The notes beneath the pieces are model-generated. The model ran no database searches, had not been told where the DNA came from, and was given only the letters and a program-made list of their open reading frames with translations. Below are positions 1 through 11,121 of a DNA stretch of 64,000 nt, in pieces. Both the position numbers and the translations under genes were made by a program. The first letter of the stretch is position 1, and every line of letters starts with the position of its first letter. Origin of the DNA: Saprolegnia diclina VS20 (Eukaryota); NCBI RefSeq assembly GCF_000281045.1, contig NW_008246073.1, forward strand, positions 187,495-251,494, read 5' to 3'.

Positions 1-308
1 TCAACGCCGGCGCCGTACGGGCCTGGTGTCACGGGTGCACGCCATCTTCGCCAAGTCTAGGTGCTATTCATGTCGGCGCTACTCTTAACCTCTATATGTG
101 ACGAATACAATATGTCTTTTGATATGGTCAATCTCTGTCGCATCCTTTGCTGTGTGATTCATGCCTCGTACGCTGTAAAGAAATTGCGTTCCGTTCGTTC
201 ATCCGGCTCAAATGCTACGTTTTCGCTTTGATACCTCGATATATGGCTCACGTTTACTTGTCCGTGTCCGCAACTGCTGGCACGGAGGGACATCAATCTT
301 CTTCTTCT

Positions 309-359
309 TCGTGCTGTTCACTGGACCGAGAAAATCGTGCTGTTCACTGGACCGAGAAA
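309..359. repeat. Tandem duplication, 2 x 25 bp (TCGTGCTGTTCACTGGACCGAGAAA), period 26
   Basis: Identical copies at 309-333 and 335-359. Confidence 0.9.
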
Positions 360-1286
360 GTCGACACAAGCAGATGTCGGTCCTTTTTCGACCATGCTCG
401 CTCCACGTCCATAACAATGTTTTTGCTTGCGAACGCACTTCGGCCACCTCGCCCGACAACCATGACGAATATATCCTCGATAAGGAATATACATGTCATG
501 ATTGGCACCAGCAGCGTAGACTAGAGATGACAATGAATGCGCCACTGGCAGTCAATAGCTGCAGTTCGTCACCTAGAGCAAACGGGGGGAGCCATCGGGT
601 GACGCTCAAGCGAGCAACTACAAACCCAGCTGCACACACTCGAGGATGCCACGTGCTCGTCCCATTGAAGTCTACGAATGAACCGACTATGAATGGAGCC
701 ACAATAGTGCGTCGATCGGAAGGATGGTCCCCGCACCCTCTCTGACGAAGGTTAGGTCACTCTGACAAGGGCTAGGGCAATGGATCTGCATGCATGTACG
801 ACGGGCATCAACGGGCTAGCGCAGGAACAATATGTGTACTGCAGGAGCACATTTGACCACACATTCACTACAATAGTACTAGTAGTACAATAAATGATCT
901 CGACCAAAGAGACAACTTTCTTACTTTCTCTGCCTCTCGCCAACTTAAGGTTAGTGCAGTCGACAATGTACTAGCGAGGAGCATGAGCGCCTGTGTACTC
1001 GTTGCCTCTCAGTGTCCTTTGTCGTACTAGTATATCAATAATACTAGTGTACGGATGGACACCCACCGCAAAGCAAGTAGAAGGACGGAGCTGGCAGCAC
1101 GCCACGCCAAACCTTTCACATTCGATATGTACGAATATTAAAACGTACAGGTTGTACGGCGACCAGGGATTGGCTGCCGGATACGTAGTATAGATAGGGA
1201 CATTTGTAGGGTGGCGTCCGGATACGAAGCTTCGACATTTTTTCGAGCGCAGTTTAGGCTTCCACACAATCCAAGGACGACCAAGC

Positions 1287-2591
1287 ATGGGCCGTGAAGA
1301 CCGACGTGGCGAGAACCTCATCGAGGGCAAGAACATCGAGTTCACGACGACGTCGGGCCTGGACGTCGTCCCGACCTTCGAGGCGCTGGGCCTCAAGGAA
1401 GACCTGCTGCGTGGCATCTACGCCTACGGCTTTGAGAAGCCGTCGGCCATCCAGCAGCGCGCGATCAAGCCGGCCGTCCAGGGCCGCGACCTCATTGCGC
1501 AGTCGCAGTCGGGTACGGGTAAGACGGCAGTCTTCTCGATCTCGATCCTGCAGTCGCTCGACTGCAGCAGCAACGAGACGCAGGCGCTCGTGCTCAGCCC
1601 GACGCGCGAGCTCGCCGAGCAGACGCAGAAGGTGCTCTTGGCCCTTGGCGACTACATGAACGTGCAGTGCCATGCGTGCATTGGTGGCAAGTCCATTGGC
1701 GAAGACATTCGCCGCCTCGACTTTGGCGTCCAAGTCGTCTCGGGCACGCCGGGCCGCGTCTTTGACATGATCCGCCGCCGCAACCTGCGCACGCGCAACA
1801 TCAAAATGCTCGTCATTGACGAAGCCGACGAGATGCTCAACAAGGGCTTCAAGGAACAGATCTACGACATTTACCGGTACGACCCAACCACACCAACCTG
1901 GAAAAGGGCCCATCGTGTGCGTAGGTACTTGCCGCCGTCGACGCAGGTGCTGCTCATCAGTGCGACCATGCCGGCCGAAGTGCTCGAGATGACCAAAAAG
2001 TTTATGAACGAGCCCGTCAAGGTGCTCGTGAAGCGCGATGAGCTGACGCTCGAGGGCATCAAGCAGTTCTTCGTCGCTGTCGAGAAGGAAGAGTGGAAGT
2101 TTGACACGCTCTGCGACCTCTACGACACGCTCACGATCACGCAGGCCGTGATCTTTTGCAACACAAAGCGAAAGGTCGACTGGCTCACGACCAAGATGCG
2201 CGAAGCCAACTTTACGGTCGCGTCCATGCACGGCGATATGCCCCAGAAGGAGCGTGACGCGATCATGCAGGAGTTCCGGTCGGGCGGCTCGCGCGTGCTC
2301 ATCACGACCGACATCTGGGGCCGCGGTCTCGACGTGCAGCAGGTGTCGCTCGTCATTTGTTACGATCTCCCGAGCAACCGCGAACTCTACATCCATCGGT
2401 AGCCACCTCCTTTGAGTGTGCAGTTGTGATACGGCTTATTGTGTAGCATTGGCCGATCGGGTCGATTTGGCCGCAAGGGTGTGGCCATCAACTTTGTCAA
2501 GGACGAGGACATTCGCATCCTCCGCGATATCGAGCAGTTTTACTCGACGCAGATCGACGAGATGCCGATGAACGTCGCCGACCTCATTTAA
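1287..2591 (+). CDS. EIF4A3: Eukaryotic initiation factor 4A-III (exon junction complex DEAD-box helicase), 3 exons
   Basis: [33 protein letters not shown], and [13 protein letters not shown] after splicing; C-terminus [12 protein letters not shown] is typical of eIF4A-III. GT-AG introns 1877-1924 and 2399-2446 (48 nt each). Confidence 0.95.
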
Positions 2592-3122
2592 GAAGACCGC
2601 CGATACCAGTGTCGCGACTAATACTACGTGCTATCTACGACAATTTGTAGCCCTCGCACGCGCTGGTCCTTGATCTTTCCGCGTCCGTGGTCGTCACTGC
2701 GACCGACTTTGCTATGTGCCTTGTGTTTCGGCACTGTATGCTTGTGGTACACAACCTTGGTCCATCTCTATCTCGTTGGCTGTCTGTGGCAGTAGTTGCC
2801 TTATACAGTGGTGGAGCACTGGGTATTCCTATCCACACAGCTCTCGAACCACAAGGTCGAGACAAGGCAATATGTTTGTATCAATCTATCAGTAGATAGT
2901 CCGACCGAGAAACCGTTAGGATGGGACTGTCAGGAGCCTGTGGCCAGGGCTCCGGCAGTCAGCTAGTTTTAGTTGCCTATTGGCCTCATAGTACACACGC
3001 CAGTGTTTGGGAGTACGGCCTCCCTTTGGCGTTGTCTTCGAAGCGGAAACGGTCACACTGACTCGACCAAGGGAATACCTATTCGCTTGATTTCATTCAA
3101 CATGAAAGGAATCTAAGAGCTC

Positions 3123-4525
3123 TTATACAGGTCTACCCGTGCATGTTATAGAGTGTGCAGTCGTGTCCTGGGGTATCGTAAAAACGGTCATGCGTGGCGG
3201 GGGCGCTTGTGCCTGTACGTCCGTCGCCTCCTCGTCGAGACGCGAGAGCTTCTTCTTGCAGCCCATTACTGCGTCCGCGACGCTCGCCATAGCCTTCGTC
3301 TTGGCACGGTGCACGTCCCATTCGGCCTTGGACACTTGGCCCGGCTGGGGCATCTTGGTCCAGTGGACAAAGCCGTCATTCCAACGGGATTCGGTTTTGG
3401 CCAGGACGTGATTCCGAAAGAGGACTTGAACGTTCGAGCAAACCGTCCGCTCTTGGTAAAAGTGGACTCGTTGATGTTTGGGTCGTCCAAGAACGCTCGC
3501 ACCGTCTTGCAGTCGTCGCAATGCGTCGGGTCCAGCGCCACGTCGCGCATCCCAAAATCCACAATCGAGGGCAGCGGCGGCGTCGCCTCGTACCGAGTTA
3601 CGACTGCCAACGCGAGCGGTCGAAAAGCCGCGACGGTGCGCGGGAGACGCTCAACTAGAGGCACGAGAAAGTCGCGCGTGGCAAAGATGTCGGTCGGTAG
3701 CGCCTCCAGCCATGCGCTCAGAAATGGCGTGAGCGAGTCCGGCGCCAAGTAGTGAAGGAGTCTCTCCGCCGCGAGCAAAAGGGCCCACCCCATGCACGTA
3801 ATGTATTCCGCGCTCCATTCGTCGCTGTCGGGCCACGCCACTTTGTCGAGCAGCGACGGGATCGAGCGGTGGATGTAGTCCACGATGAGCGAACCCAAGA
3901 CACCGAGGTCGACTCGGTTTCTCGCCAACGGACCGATGGCGCGCAGTATCAGAAGGCCGTAGCGCGCCACGCACTTTTCAAAGAGGGCGGCGTCGAGACG
4001 ATGTGCCCTTTGCGCCAACACGAGCACGCTGCGGACAACGTCGACGTCAGTGACGCTTTGCGGCGCGAGCACATAGGCCGAGTCGTCCGAGTCGTCCGAG
4101 TGGTGGCGCGGCCGTCGCTCTGGGACTTGGTCCAACGCAACAAAGATGGTATCGAGAACGCTCTCTGACAGCGGCAGTAATGGCTGGGCGAGCGCGGCCG
4201 AGGCCAGACCGACCGCAACGACCGTGAGTGGATTCGAGTCCGCGGCTAGCTTGGACAGAACAGAAGGGCGCGCTGGAAAGAGATATGCGTCGACTGCAGC
4301 GACGAGCACCGGTGGCAAGCAGTGGCCCAAATAGTTGGCATCGGCCCGTTGCGGCGCTGTCGTCACGTAGTGTTCGAGCAAGAGCATGGGCGTGAGCAAG
4401 TCCGAGGCGCGGCCGGGCCAGTTCTTGTTGAGAAGGTCAATCACGGACGTCGCTCGCACGACGTCGTAGCAGCTAGAGCTGGATTCGATAAACACGTCGT
4501 GATTGGCTGCAATGGATGTCAACAT
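3123..4525 (-). pseudogene. 5'-truncated, frameshifted paralog (copy A) of the 5294-8125 family
   Basis: Shares LLEHY..T.PQ..DANY...LPPVLV.A.DAYLFP, HCxxC and QPGQVS..EW..H motifs with the intact copy. Frame switch near 3460; N-terminal half absent. Confidence 0.7.
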
Positions 4526-4729
4526 GACTTCGCTGTCGTCGCAACGGCCGAACCCTCTGCGACGGCGCCGTTCGAGGACGCGGTCGCGCAGCTAACGACT
4601 GACAAAGCCGCGTTGCGGGTGCTCGCGCCATCGCACGCAGCGCTGTCAGCGACTGTGCATGACGCTTAAGAAGCTCAAGGGCACGCTCTCGTTGAAGAAC
4701 TAGGTTGAAGAAACCACGACGCACAGTGC

Positions 4730-4915
4730 GTGCGGGGTCTCGTCTCGCTTGATCACTATGCTCACGCGACAGGTTCGCAGCTCGCGGATGCCAAAAACGT
4801 CGGGCATTGCCTCCCGCCGGTCCCCGTCACCGCCGTCGACAGCTTCCTCTTTGGTCCTTGCCTGTCGATCGTGTCGGTGCATGGCTTGCGCTGGATCGCA
4901 CCAAGTCACCGTTGA
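4730..4915 (+). pseudogene. Inverted fragment of the same family
   Basis: LDHYAHATGSQLADAKNVGHCLPPVPVTAVDSFLF aligns with LEHYVTTAPQRADANYLGHCLPPVLVAAVDAYLF of copy A but lies on the opposite strand. Confidence 0.65.
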
Positions 4916-5293
4916 TGCCCAGCATCGCTGCCGCCGTGAAGACGGTGCAGTCGCTTGCAGCTACATCCGACAAGAACAAGCCAGTACCAGTCTCAAAACG
5001 GCCTCGTTGACCTAGGTTCCTGCGGAGTGGGCTGGTACGAAACCTCGTTTTGAGAGAAAGTGAAACTGATAGTCAAGTGTCCGTTGTACGGATCGATGGA
5101 AACGGACAGGACAGACAGACAAATAATCCCCGTGGGCTGATGTAACCAGAGGTTCCCACCCGTATATATTTTTATTCCCTTGCTTTATTCCCTTGCCTCG
5201 TCAAGTAGTCAAATGGGCCCAAAACATAGCGAGATAGCGAGTGCTCGATTGCACATCATTTGCAAACGCAAATTCTTTTTTTACGTTGACTGC

Positions 5294-8125
5294 TTACAAA
5301 AGCCTCAAGCGCTTGGCTGGCGGCACCTCCGTTTCCCTCGTCTCGTCTTCATGTGTCGCGTCTCGCAGCTTGTGCTTCAATTGCTCGATGAATGCCGTCA
5401 CACGCGCCAACATCGCGACCTTCGCTTTGTGCGCGCGCCACTCGGGCTCTGAGACTTGACCCGGCTGCCGTACTTTTTCAAGGCGCACCGAACCCTCGAG
5501 AAATATTCGATCCTTGTCCGCGGGATCCGTGTCGACAAAGCAGAGACGGGCGGCGTCTGCGTCCCCAATGCGCACGAGGTTCGGGCACAGCTCGTTTCTA
5601 CCGCAATGACAGGGCTGCGACGCCTTGTCGGCTTCGCGCGCAAATTCGTGGGCATTACGACACTGGTAGCAATGTTCATTGTCGAGGCTTGGGTGTGGTT
5701 GCATTTCAAAGTTGGTGACGTCTGGCAGCGGCGGCTCGGCAGCGAACCGCTCGACGACCGTCTTTGCCACTAGCCGATAGACTGCAGAGGCTTGGTCAAG
5801 GCGCACCACAACCGGCAAGAGCAGACTGTCGATGGCATCGAGCGTCGTCGGCAGAGTTTGCAACCACCTCGCAGCAAAGGCAAGGGTAAGGTTTGGCGCC
5901 ACAAGCTTCAACGCGAGCACCGTGTCGAGGAAGAGAAAGACGCCGATCTGGGTGGCAGCGTCGTCCTCGGCCGCGTACACGGGGCGGCGCCACGCCTTTT
6001 CCCACACCGAGTTGTCCGCGAGCGTCTCGGCCACACTATCGACGTAGTCGACAAGCAGTGGGCTTAAAAGCGCCGTGTCTTCAAGTTGCGACGTGATCGA
6101 GGCGACGGCAGGGAGCATCCCGAGACCCCAAATGCCCGTGCACGTGGCAAATAGCCCAGCGTCAAATCGCTGCGTGAGACTCGCCAAGGCAAGAACGGCG
6201 GCAGGGACATCGATGCGGTGTCGAAGAGCAGCTGCATAATCTTGTGGCATCGCTCGCACGGCCTCGAGGATCTCGTCCACCACGGCCACCGGCAGTGGGA
6301 GCAAGGGCTGGCAGCGCGCCGCCGACGCCAGACCCACAGCAATATCCTGGAGTAGGTCAAGGCCGTGGGTTGGTAGATCAAAGCTCATGACCGCCGGGAG
6401 CGCTGGAAAGAGGTAGGCGTCAATGGCTGTGACGAGAACCGGCGGGAGGCGTACGTAGTTAGCGTCGTAGAGTTGCGCCACCGTCGTTTGCACATAGTGC
6501 TCAAGCAAGAGAAGACCCTTGAGAAAGATTGGGCCACGGTTTTGTAAACGTTTGTTGGTGAGCAGACCCGGCGTTGCCCGCACGACATGGTAGCAGCGCT
6601 TGAAGAGCTCAGCGTCGAGCGCCTGACCAAGCGATGGGCACACGGGCGACTCAGTGTCGAGGCCAGCTAAGCTCGTGAGCAGATGGAGAGCTTCATCTGC
6701 ATGCGTCCTGATCCAGCGCTGGACGAGTCGAAGCACGGCAGTCTCCAGCGGGCCCCAGCCATGCATCGCCAAGAGACTGTGGATGACGGGTGCGATATCG
6801 ACCAACGGAAGCACGTCCTCGACCGTGATGTAGTCCGAAATAAAGAGACTGGAGAGCTCGACGTTCTTTAGGGCCACCAAGATCCGCTGCATGCGCTTGA
6901 GGTGCCGCGGGACGTGTTGCTGCTGTCGTTCGACCGACAAGTAGATACGCATGGCGTGCGACTCGATGGGCAAGGGATTTGAGACGTGAAAGATGGACAT
7001 GGCCGCCAGCACGAGCTCCCGCGTCTTTGAAATACCAAGGTACGCATCATCATCGTCCTTGTTGTCCTGTGCCGTGAGCCGCTGCGCCAAAATGAAAAAG
7101 GCTTTGGCCATCCCGACCAAGTTCAACCGGTGGCGCTTGGGCCAAAAGACAATGGCGCGTGATGGTCCATGAAACTCGGGGGCAGTTGGCGGCGGCAACG
7201 ACAAGAAACCTTCGATGGTCGTGCGACGGCAGTCGCGGACAACGTCATCTGGAATGCCGCACGACGGATGCGGCAAAAACGTCTCGATCGTCGTGCCGGT
7301 GAGATCGGCGAGGCCGACGTCGTAGCATCCCGTCGCGACAAGAGCGTCCACAAACGCCATGTCCAGACCCATGAGCGACTCAAACGAGAGTCGGTCGTCA
7401 GACGTAAAAAGCTCCGTGCCGACGCGCTGGATCGTTGCGACGCCCGACTGCCCGAGAGCCTTGAATGCTGCGATCGCAGCGTCAAGCGTCGGCGGCACCA
7501 AGTGCATCGGTCCGTCAATGTAGTACAATCGATAGACAAGGGCGACGCGGCGCCCGGACGTGATCGCTTCAGATGTGATCGTCGTCGAGAGAAATGTGGC
7601 AGCGAACGCGGTCTCGACCAGCGGCGTGTTGTCATCAACTGTATGCGACTGGCCACCGTACGTGAGCGTGAGAGCGCCGCCTTTGTGGGCAGACGGAAGC
7701 CATAGGATGACGACGCCAAAGGTCGTAGCGCATATGGCCTCGTCATCGGTCGGACGCAAACAAAAGCTCTCGGCGTCCCCGATGTCGTCGACGACCATGT
7801 GCGACAGCACCATCTTGGCGTCGCTTGACGGCACGACGGCATCGACAGAGCCGTCGTACACTGTGGAGAGCATGTCGTCGTAGTGCTGCGCGTAGCGTTG
7901 ATCAATGACAATGTCGGAGGACGGGATGACCTTCGTGTCGGGGTACAAGGTCGCAATCTGCTTTGCTTGCGCAGCGCCGAGCGGCCACGAGAGCGGCTCG
8001 TCCATGCCGGCGAGCGTCAAGAGGATGGGCGCTGGGTGCGGTAGTGCGCCGCTCGCAGCAAATGTGCTCGGCGCGTGGAGCAGGTCGTACGCAGCTTCGA
8101 ACGCGGCCGTGCTTGGGTTCGACAT
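5294..8125 (-). CDS. ~943-aa protein: degenerate 2OG-Fe(II) oxygenase-like N-terminal domain, helical middle, Cys-rich C-terminus, putative NLS (intact copy B)
   Basis: Long intronless ORF from ATG 8125 (MSNPSTAAFEAA). TFGVVILWLPSAHKGGALTL...AFAATF...ITSGRRVALVYRL resembles the P4H-like 2OG-Fe(II) family pattern. HCYQC..CHC; ends PPAKRLRLL. Confidence 0.75.
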   Translation of the reverse strand: MSNPSTAAFEAAYDLLHAPSTFAASGALPHPAPILLTLAGMDEPLSWPLGAAQAKQIATLYPDTKVIPSSDIVIDQRYAQHYDDMLSTVYDGSVDAVVPSSDAKMVLSHMVVDDIGDAESFCLRPTDDEAICATTFGVVILWLPSAHKGGALTLTYGGQSHTVDDNTPLVETAFAATFLSTTITSEAITSGRRVALVYRLYYIDGPMHLVPPTLDAAIAAFKALGQSGVATIQRVGTELFTSDDRLSFESLMGLDMAFVDALVATGCYDVGLADLTGTTIETFLPHPSCGIPDDVVRDCRRTTIEGFLSLPPPTAPEFHGPSRAIVFWPKRHRLNLVGMAKAFFILAQRLTAQDNKDDDDAYLGISKTRELVLAAMSIFHVSNPLPIESHAMRIYLSVERQQQHVPRHLKRMQRILVALKNVELSSLFISDYITVEDVLPLVDIAPVIHSLLAMHGWGPLETAVLRLVQRWIRTHADEALHLLTSLAGLDTESPVCPSLGQALDAELFKRCYHVVRATPGLLTNKRLQNRGPIFLKGLLLLEHYVQTTVAQLYDANYVRLPPVLVTAIDAYLFPALPAVMSFDLPTHGLDLLQDIAVGLASAARCQPLLPLPVAVVDEILEAVRAMPQDYAAALRHRIDVPAAVLALASLTQRFDAGLFATCTGIWGLGMLPAVASITSQLEDTALLSPLLVDYVDSVAETLADNSVWEKAWRRPVYAAEDDAATQIGVFLFLDTVLALKLVAPNLTLAFAARWLQTLPTTLDAIDSLLLPVVVRLDQASAVYRLVAKTVVERFAAEPPLPDVTNFEMQPHPSLDNEHCYQCRNAHEFAREADKASQPCHCGRNELCPNLVRIGDADAARLCFVDTDPADKDRIFLEGSVRLEKVRQPGQVSEPEWRAHKAKVAMLARVTAFIEQLKHKLRDATHEDETRETEVPPAKRLRLL

Positions 8126-8433
8126 GGCACTCAAAAAATAGCATGAACAATACCGCCGGCCGCAATGAAACGGTCGGCTGGCACCAGTCAATTGGCCGTT
8201 TGGGAATACTTGAAGAGTATTTGAGTAATTTGTAATTGGCATTTATTGCATAATTGTTTTGCAATATGCTGCTCCGGCATCGAGCCCACAGAGGATGCAT
8301 CGCCTGCAGATTCTCCGAGATGCAGGCAAATACAAGGACCAAGGTATGGTATATACCTCCGCAAGCTTGTCTTGTTCCCACTGAGTGCCACCAAGGGTAT
8401 TATATGCAATGACGGCGCGTTGAGTGTGTTCAA

Positions 8434-10423
8434 TTACTTGTGATGCTGCCGGGGTCGCTTCGACGCGGGTGCTTGATTCTCCTTCTCGTGTCGTTGGGTC
8501 CGAGCTGCGATCGACCGTAGTTGCTCCCTGGCATTGGCCACAATCGGGCTGTGCTCGCCATTTTCTGGATGGCAACCGCGTGTGCCTTCCACGCGGACTC
8601 CGTCACTTGGCCAGGCTGGGGCAGCTTCAAATTGGTACGGGAAGATCCATTGTAGCTCGAAGGCGAGGCGAGACGGGTCGAATGAGCATTGATAATGCAA
8701 GTGATCGCATCGCACCGACGATATTGGTGTGAGTTTAGCTTGGCCTCGTCGGGGCTCTGCACAAACTTGCGCACGTCGCTGCATTGCGCACAGTGCGTCG
8801 GATCCAGCTCAATGTCGCACATTGCAAAGCTGACCTACATCGGCAGTGTCGGAAGCGCTTCAAAGCGCACAATCAGCGGGCGTGCCAACCGCCAGAGCAC
8901 CTTGACCGTTGAGCCGTGCATCGCGGCAGGTGCAGCGAGTGTACTTGGGAGCGCCACAAGTCATACCCGAAGGAACGGGGTACCGTTCGTGGGCGAAAGC
9001 CGCTGGAGAAGGTCGACCGCATCGAGCAAGAGGCGTACACCAATCGCGTCGGAAGTATCGCGGTACATCCTATCGTCTTTAGACCAGCTGGAGCGCCAAT
9101 AGTTGGGTGAGACGAGTGTCGTGGGCCCGCGGCGGAGGTACGCACGCATTCACGAAGGGGGTGACCTTGCTAAAGTTGGGGCAATGCCGGGTACGGAGGG
9201 TCCGTAGCGCCGGCAGCAACTTGAGGTCCCAGAGTTTGACACATTTCTCAAAAAATGCCGCGTCGACTCGGTTTGTCGCGAGCGCCAAGTGGAGGATGCT
9301 CTGGATGACCTTCACTCGCATGCATAGCACCGTGTGCCCGTTGAGTGTTGGGTCGGTCACGGCACGTACAATGCAGTCAATCACTGTCCATGACAGCGGC
9401 AGCGATGGCTATCACGCTGCCGCAGAGGCAAGACCGACGGCAACCACGCGGACCATGTCGGTAGCCGTGCTTGGCCATGATCGACGGGCGCGGTGCAAAG
9501 AGGTAGGCATCGACAGCAGCAACAAGCACCGGTGGGAGGCGGTGGCCGACGTAGTTGGCTTTGTGCAGTTGTGGCGCCGTCGTCGTCACGAAATGTTCGA
9601 GCAGCAGAATGTTCTTGACAAAGTCCGAGTTGCGACCATACCAGTCTTCCTCGGTGCCAAAAGAATTCGGGACAAGACCGGGCATCGCCAGCACGATGTC
9701 ATAACACCGCTAGAAATGCTCGACCTGGAGAGGCTGTCGGAGTGGTGGGCATACCGACTTCTCGTTGTTGACGAGGCCAGCCAAGTTCGTGAGCAGCTGA
9801 AGAAGTTCGAGTATTTTACAATCCAGCGCTGGACGAGCCCGAACATCGCTGGCTAGAGCAGCTCCCAGCCATGCATGACGAAGAGATCGTGGAGCCAGAC
9901 GGCAATACCGACAAAGGTAATGGTGAGCACGTCGCGTACGAAGGCGACCGTGAGATCAAAGTCGTCGAGCACATCCAGAATGAGCTGGAGCTTCTGGAGC
10001 GGCGAGAGAGGTCCACTGTTGCGAGTGCCTGTGACGAGCGATAGTCGCTGTCTACAAAGGTCATGTTCGGAATCCTGCATTGCAAGCGTGCCAGTTTTGG
10101 TACCGTGGAAGACAAAGAAAGCCGCAAGACATAGCTCGCGAAGCTCGTCGGGGCCTTTTCCACTTCGTGGCGCCGTGAGTTCAGAGACAACCATGTCGAC
10201 GATGTTCGGTGCACAAGCCATGCGCGGTGGCGCTTGGGCCAAAAAGCGAGGACGGGGCGGGGCGCTTGCCAGTCACTTATGATCGGTGGGTGGTACAAGA
10301 GCGCCTGCGGGGTCAAGGGATTGTACAAAACAGTTTATATCCTTGCGGATCGCACACGAAACGCACTTCGGGATCGCCGAGGTGCGCGATGGCGGCCTCG
10401 TACGCCGCCGTCGCAGGGTTCAT
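8434..10423 (-). pseudogene. Internally deleted, multiply frameshifted paralog (copy C)
   Basis: Begins MNPATAAYEAA (cf. MSNPSTAAFEAA) and reaches FWPKRHR after about 180 nt. Family motifs (MHGWE, LLLEHF..ANYVGHRLPPVLV, HCAQC, PQPGQV) are scattered over several frames; one frame ends PASKRPR. Confidence 0.75.
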
Positions 10424-10920
10424 TGCGAAAGTGCAAAGTCTATCGATGAAATCAATCCCGTCTGGTTTAGACAGCCAAATCCATAATAGCAAGCGGTTTT
10501 CTTAAAAAACAAAATGGGCGCCAACAGCTACAACAACGCAGCGAAAGGCGGGTCGAGTCACCATTGCCGCGCTACGCGACCGAGCATGGCACTAAAGACA
10601 TCGAGGACTACGTTTTAAATATACATGGACCGAGCTTGCTGGTGCGGGACCACGTGTACGTGTTGACGAGGGCTTGTACTGTACGTCGGAAGCCTTAGAG
10701 CCAACGAGGAAACCAGCTCAACGTGTGCCAAGTTGCTGAAATGCGTCTGCGAAGCGACCGCGTCAGCACGACTAGTCGTCCACTACACTAGACACCGTAA
10801 TGCACATGACATTAGAGAGGACTCATGGTCGCTTCTAGCTGCATGTTCATAAACGCATCGTCAGGGAGGGACATGGTACATCATCCTTCCTGAATTTGAC
10901 CATTATGGGGTGACAGAGCC

Positions 10921-11121
10921 CTAGTTTTTGCCGCCACTGCCGCCTTGGTTGCCACCCAAATGGTTGCCTTGCTTGCCGACGCCGCCGCTCATGTTGCCCG
11001 TCGTGTGGGCGCCGCCGTGGGCGTGGGGCTCGGGCTTGTGCCCGCCGTCGTGGTGCTTTGTCGTGTTGGGCCACCCCGTCGCGTTGCTCTGGCCGCCGCC
11101 GTGGTCGTTTCCGTGTGGCAT
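10921..11121 (-). CDS. Small 66-aa Gly/His/Asn-rich hypothetical protein
   Basis: ATG-TAG ORF with strong C/G third-position bias like the housekeeping genes here; no recognised domain. Confidence 0.5.
   Translation of the reverse strand: MPHGNDHGGGQSNATGWPNTTKHHDGGHKPEPHAHGGAHTTGNMSGGVGKQGNHLGGNQGGSGGKN

Noticed and set aside
309..359. Direct repeat as a possible CRISPR-like array
   Set aside because: Only two adjacent copies, no spacer, eukaryotic context.
1254..2396. Long antisense ORFs over conserved genes (also 15545-16756, 28682-29923, 44380-45606, 57773-59365)
   Set aside because: Shadow ORFs expected from high GC3 codon bias; the opposite strand encodes clearly recognisable proteins.
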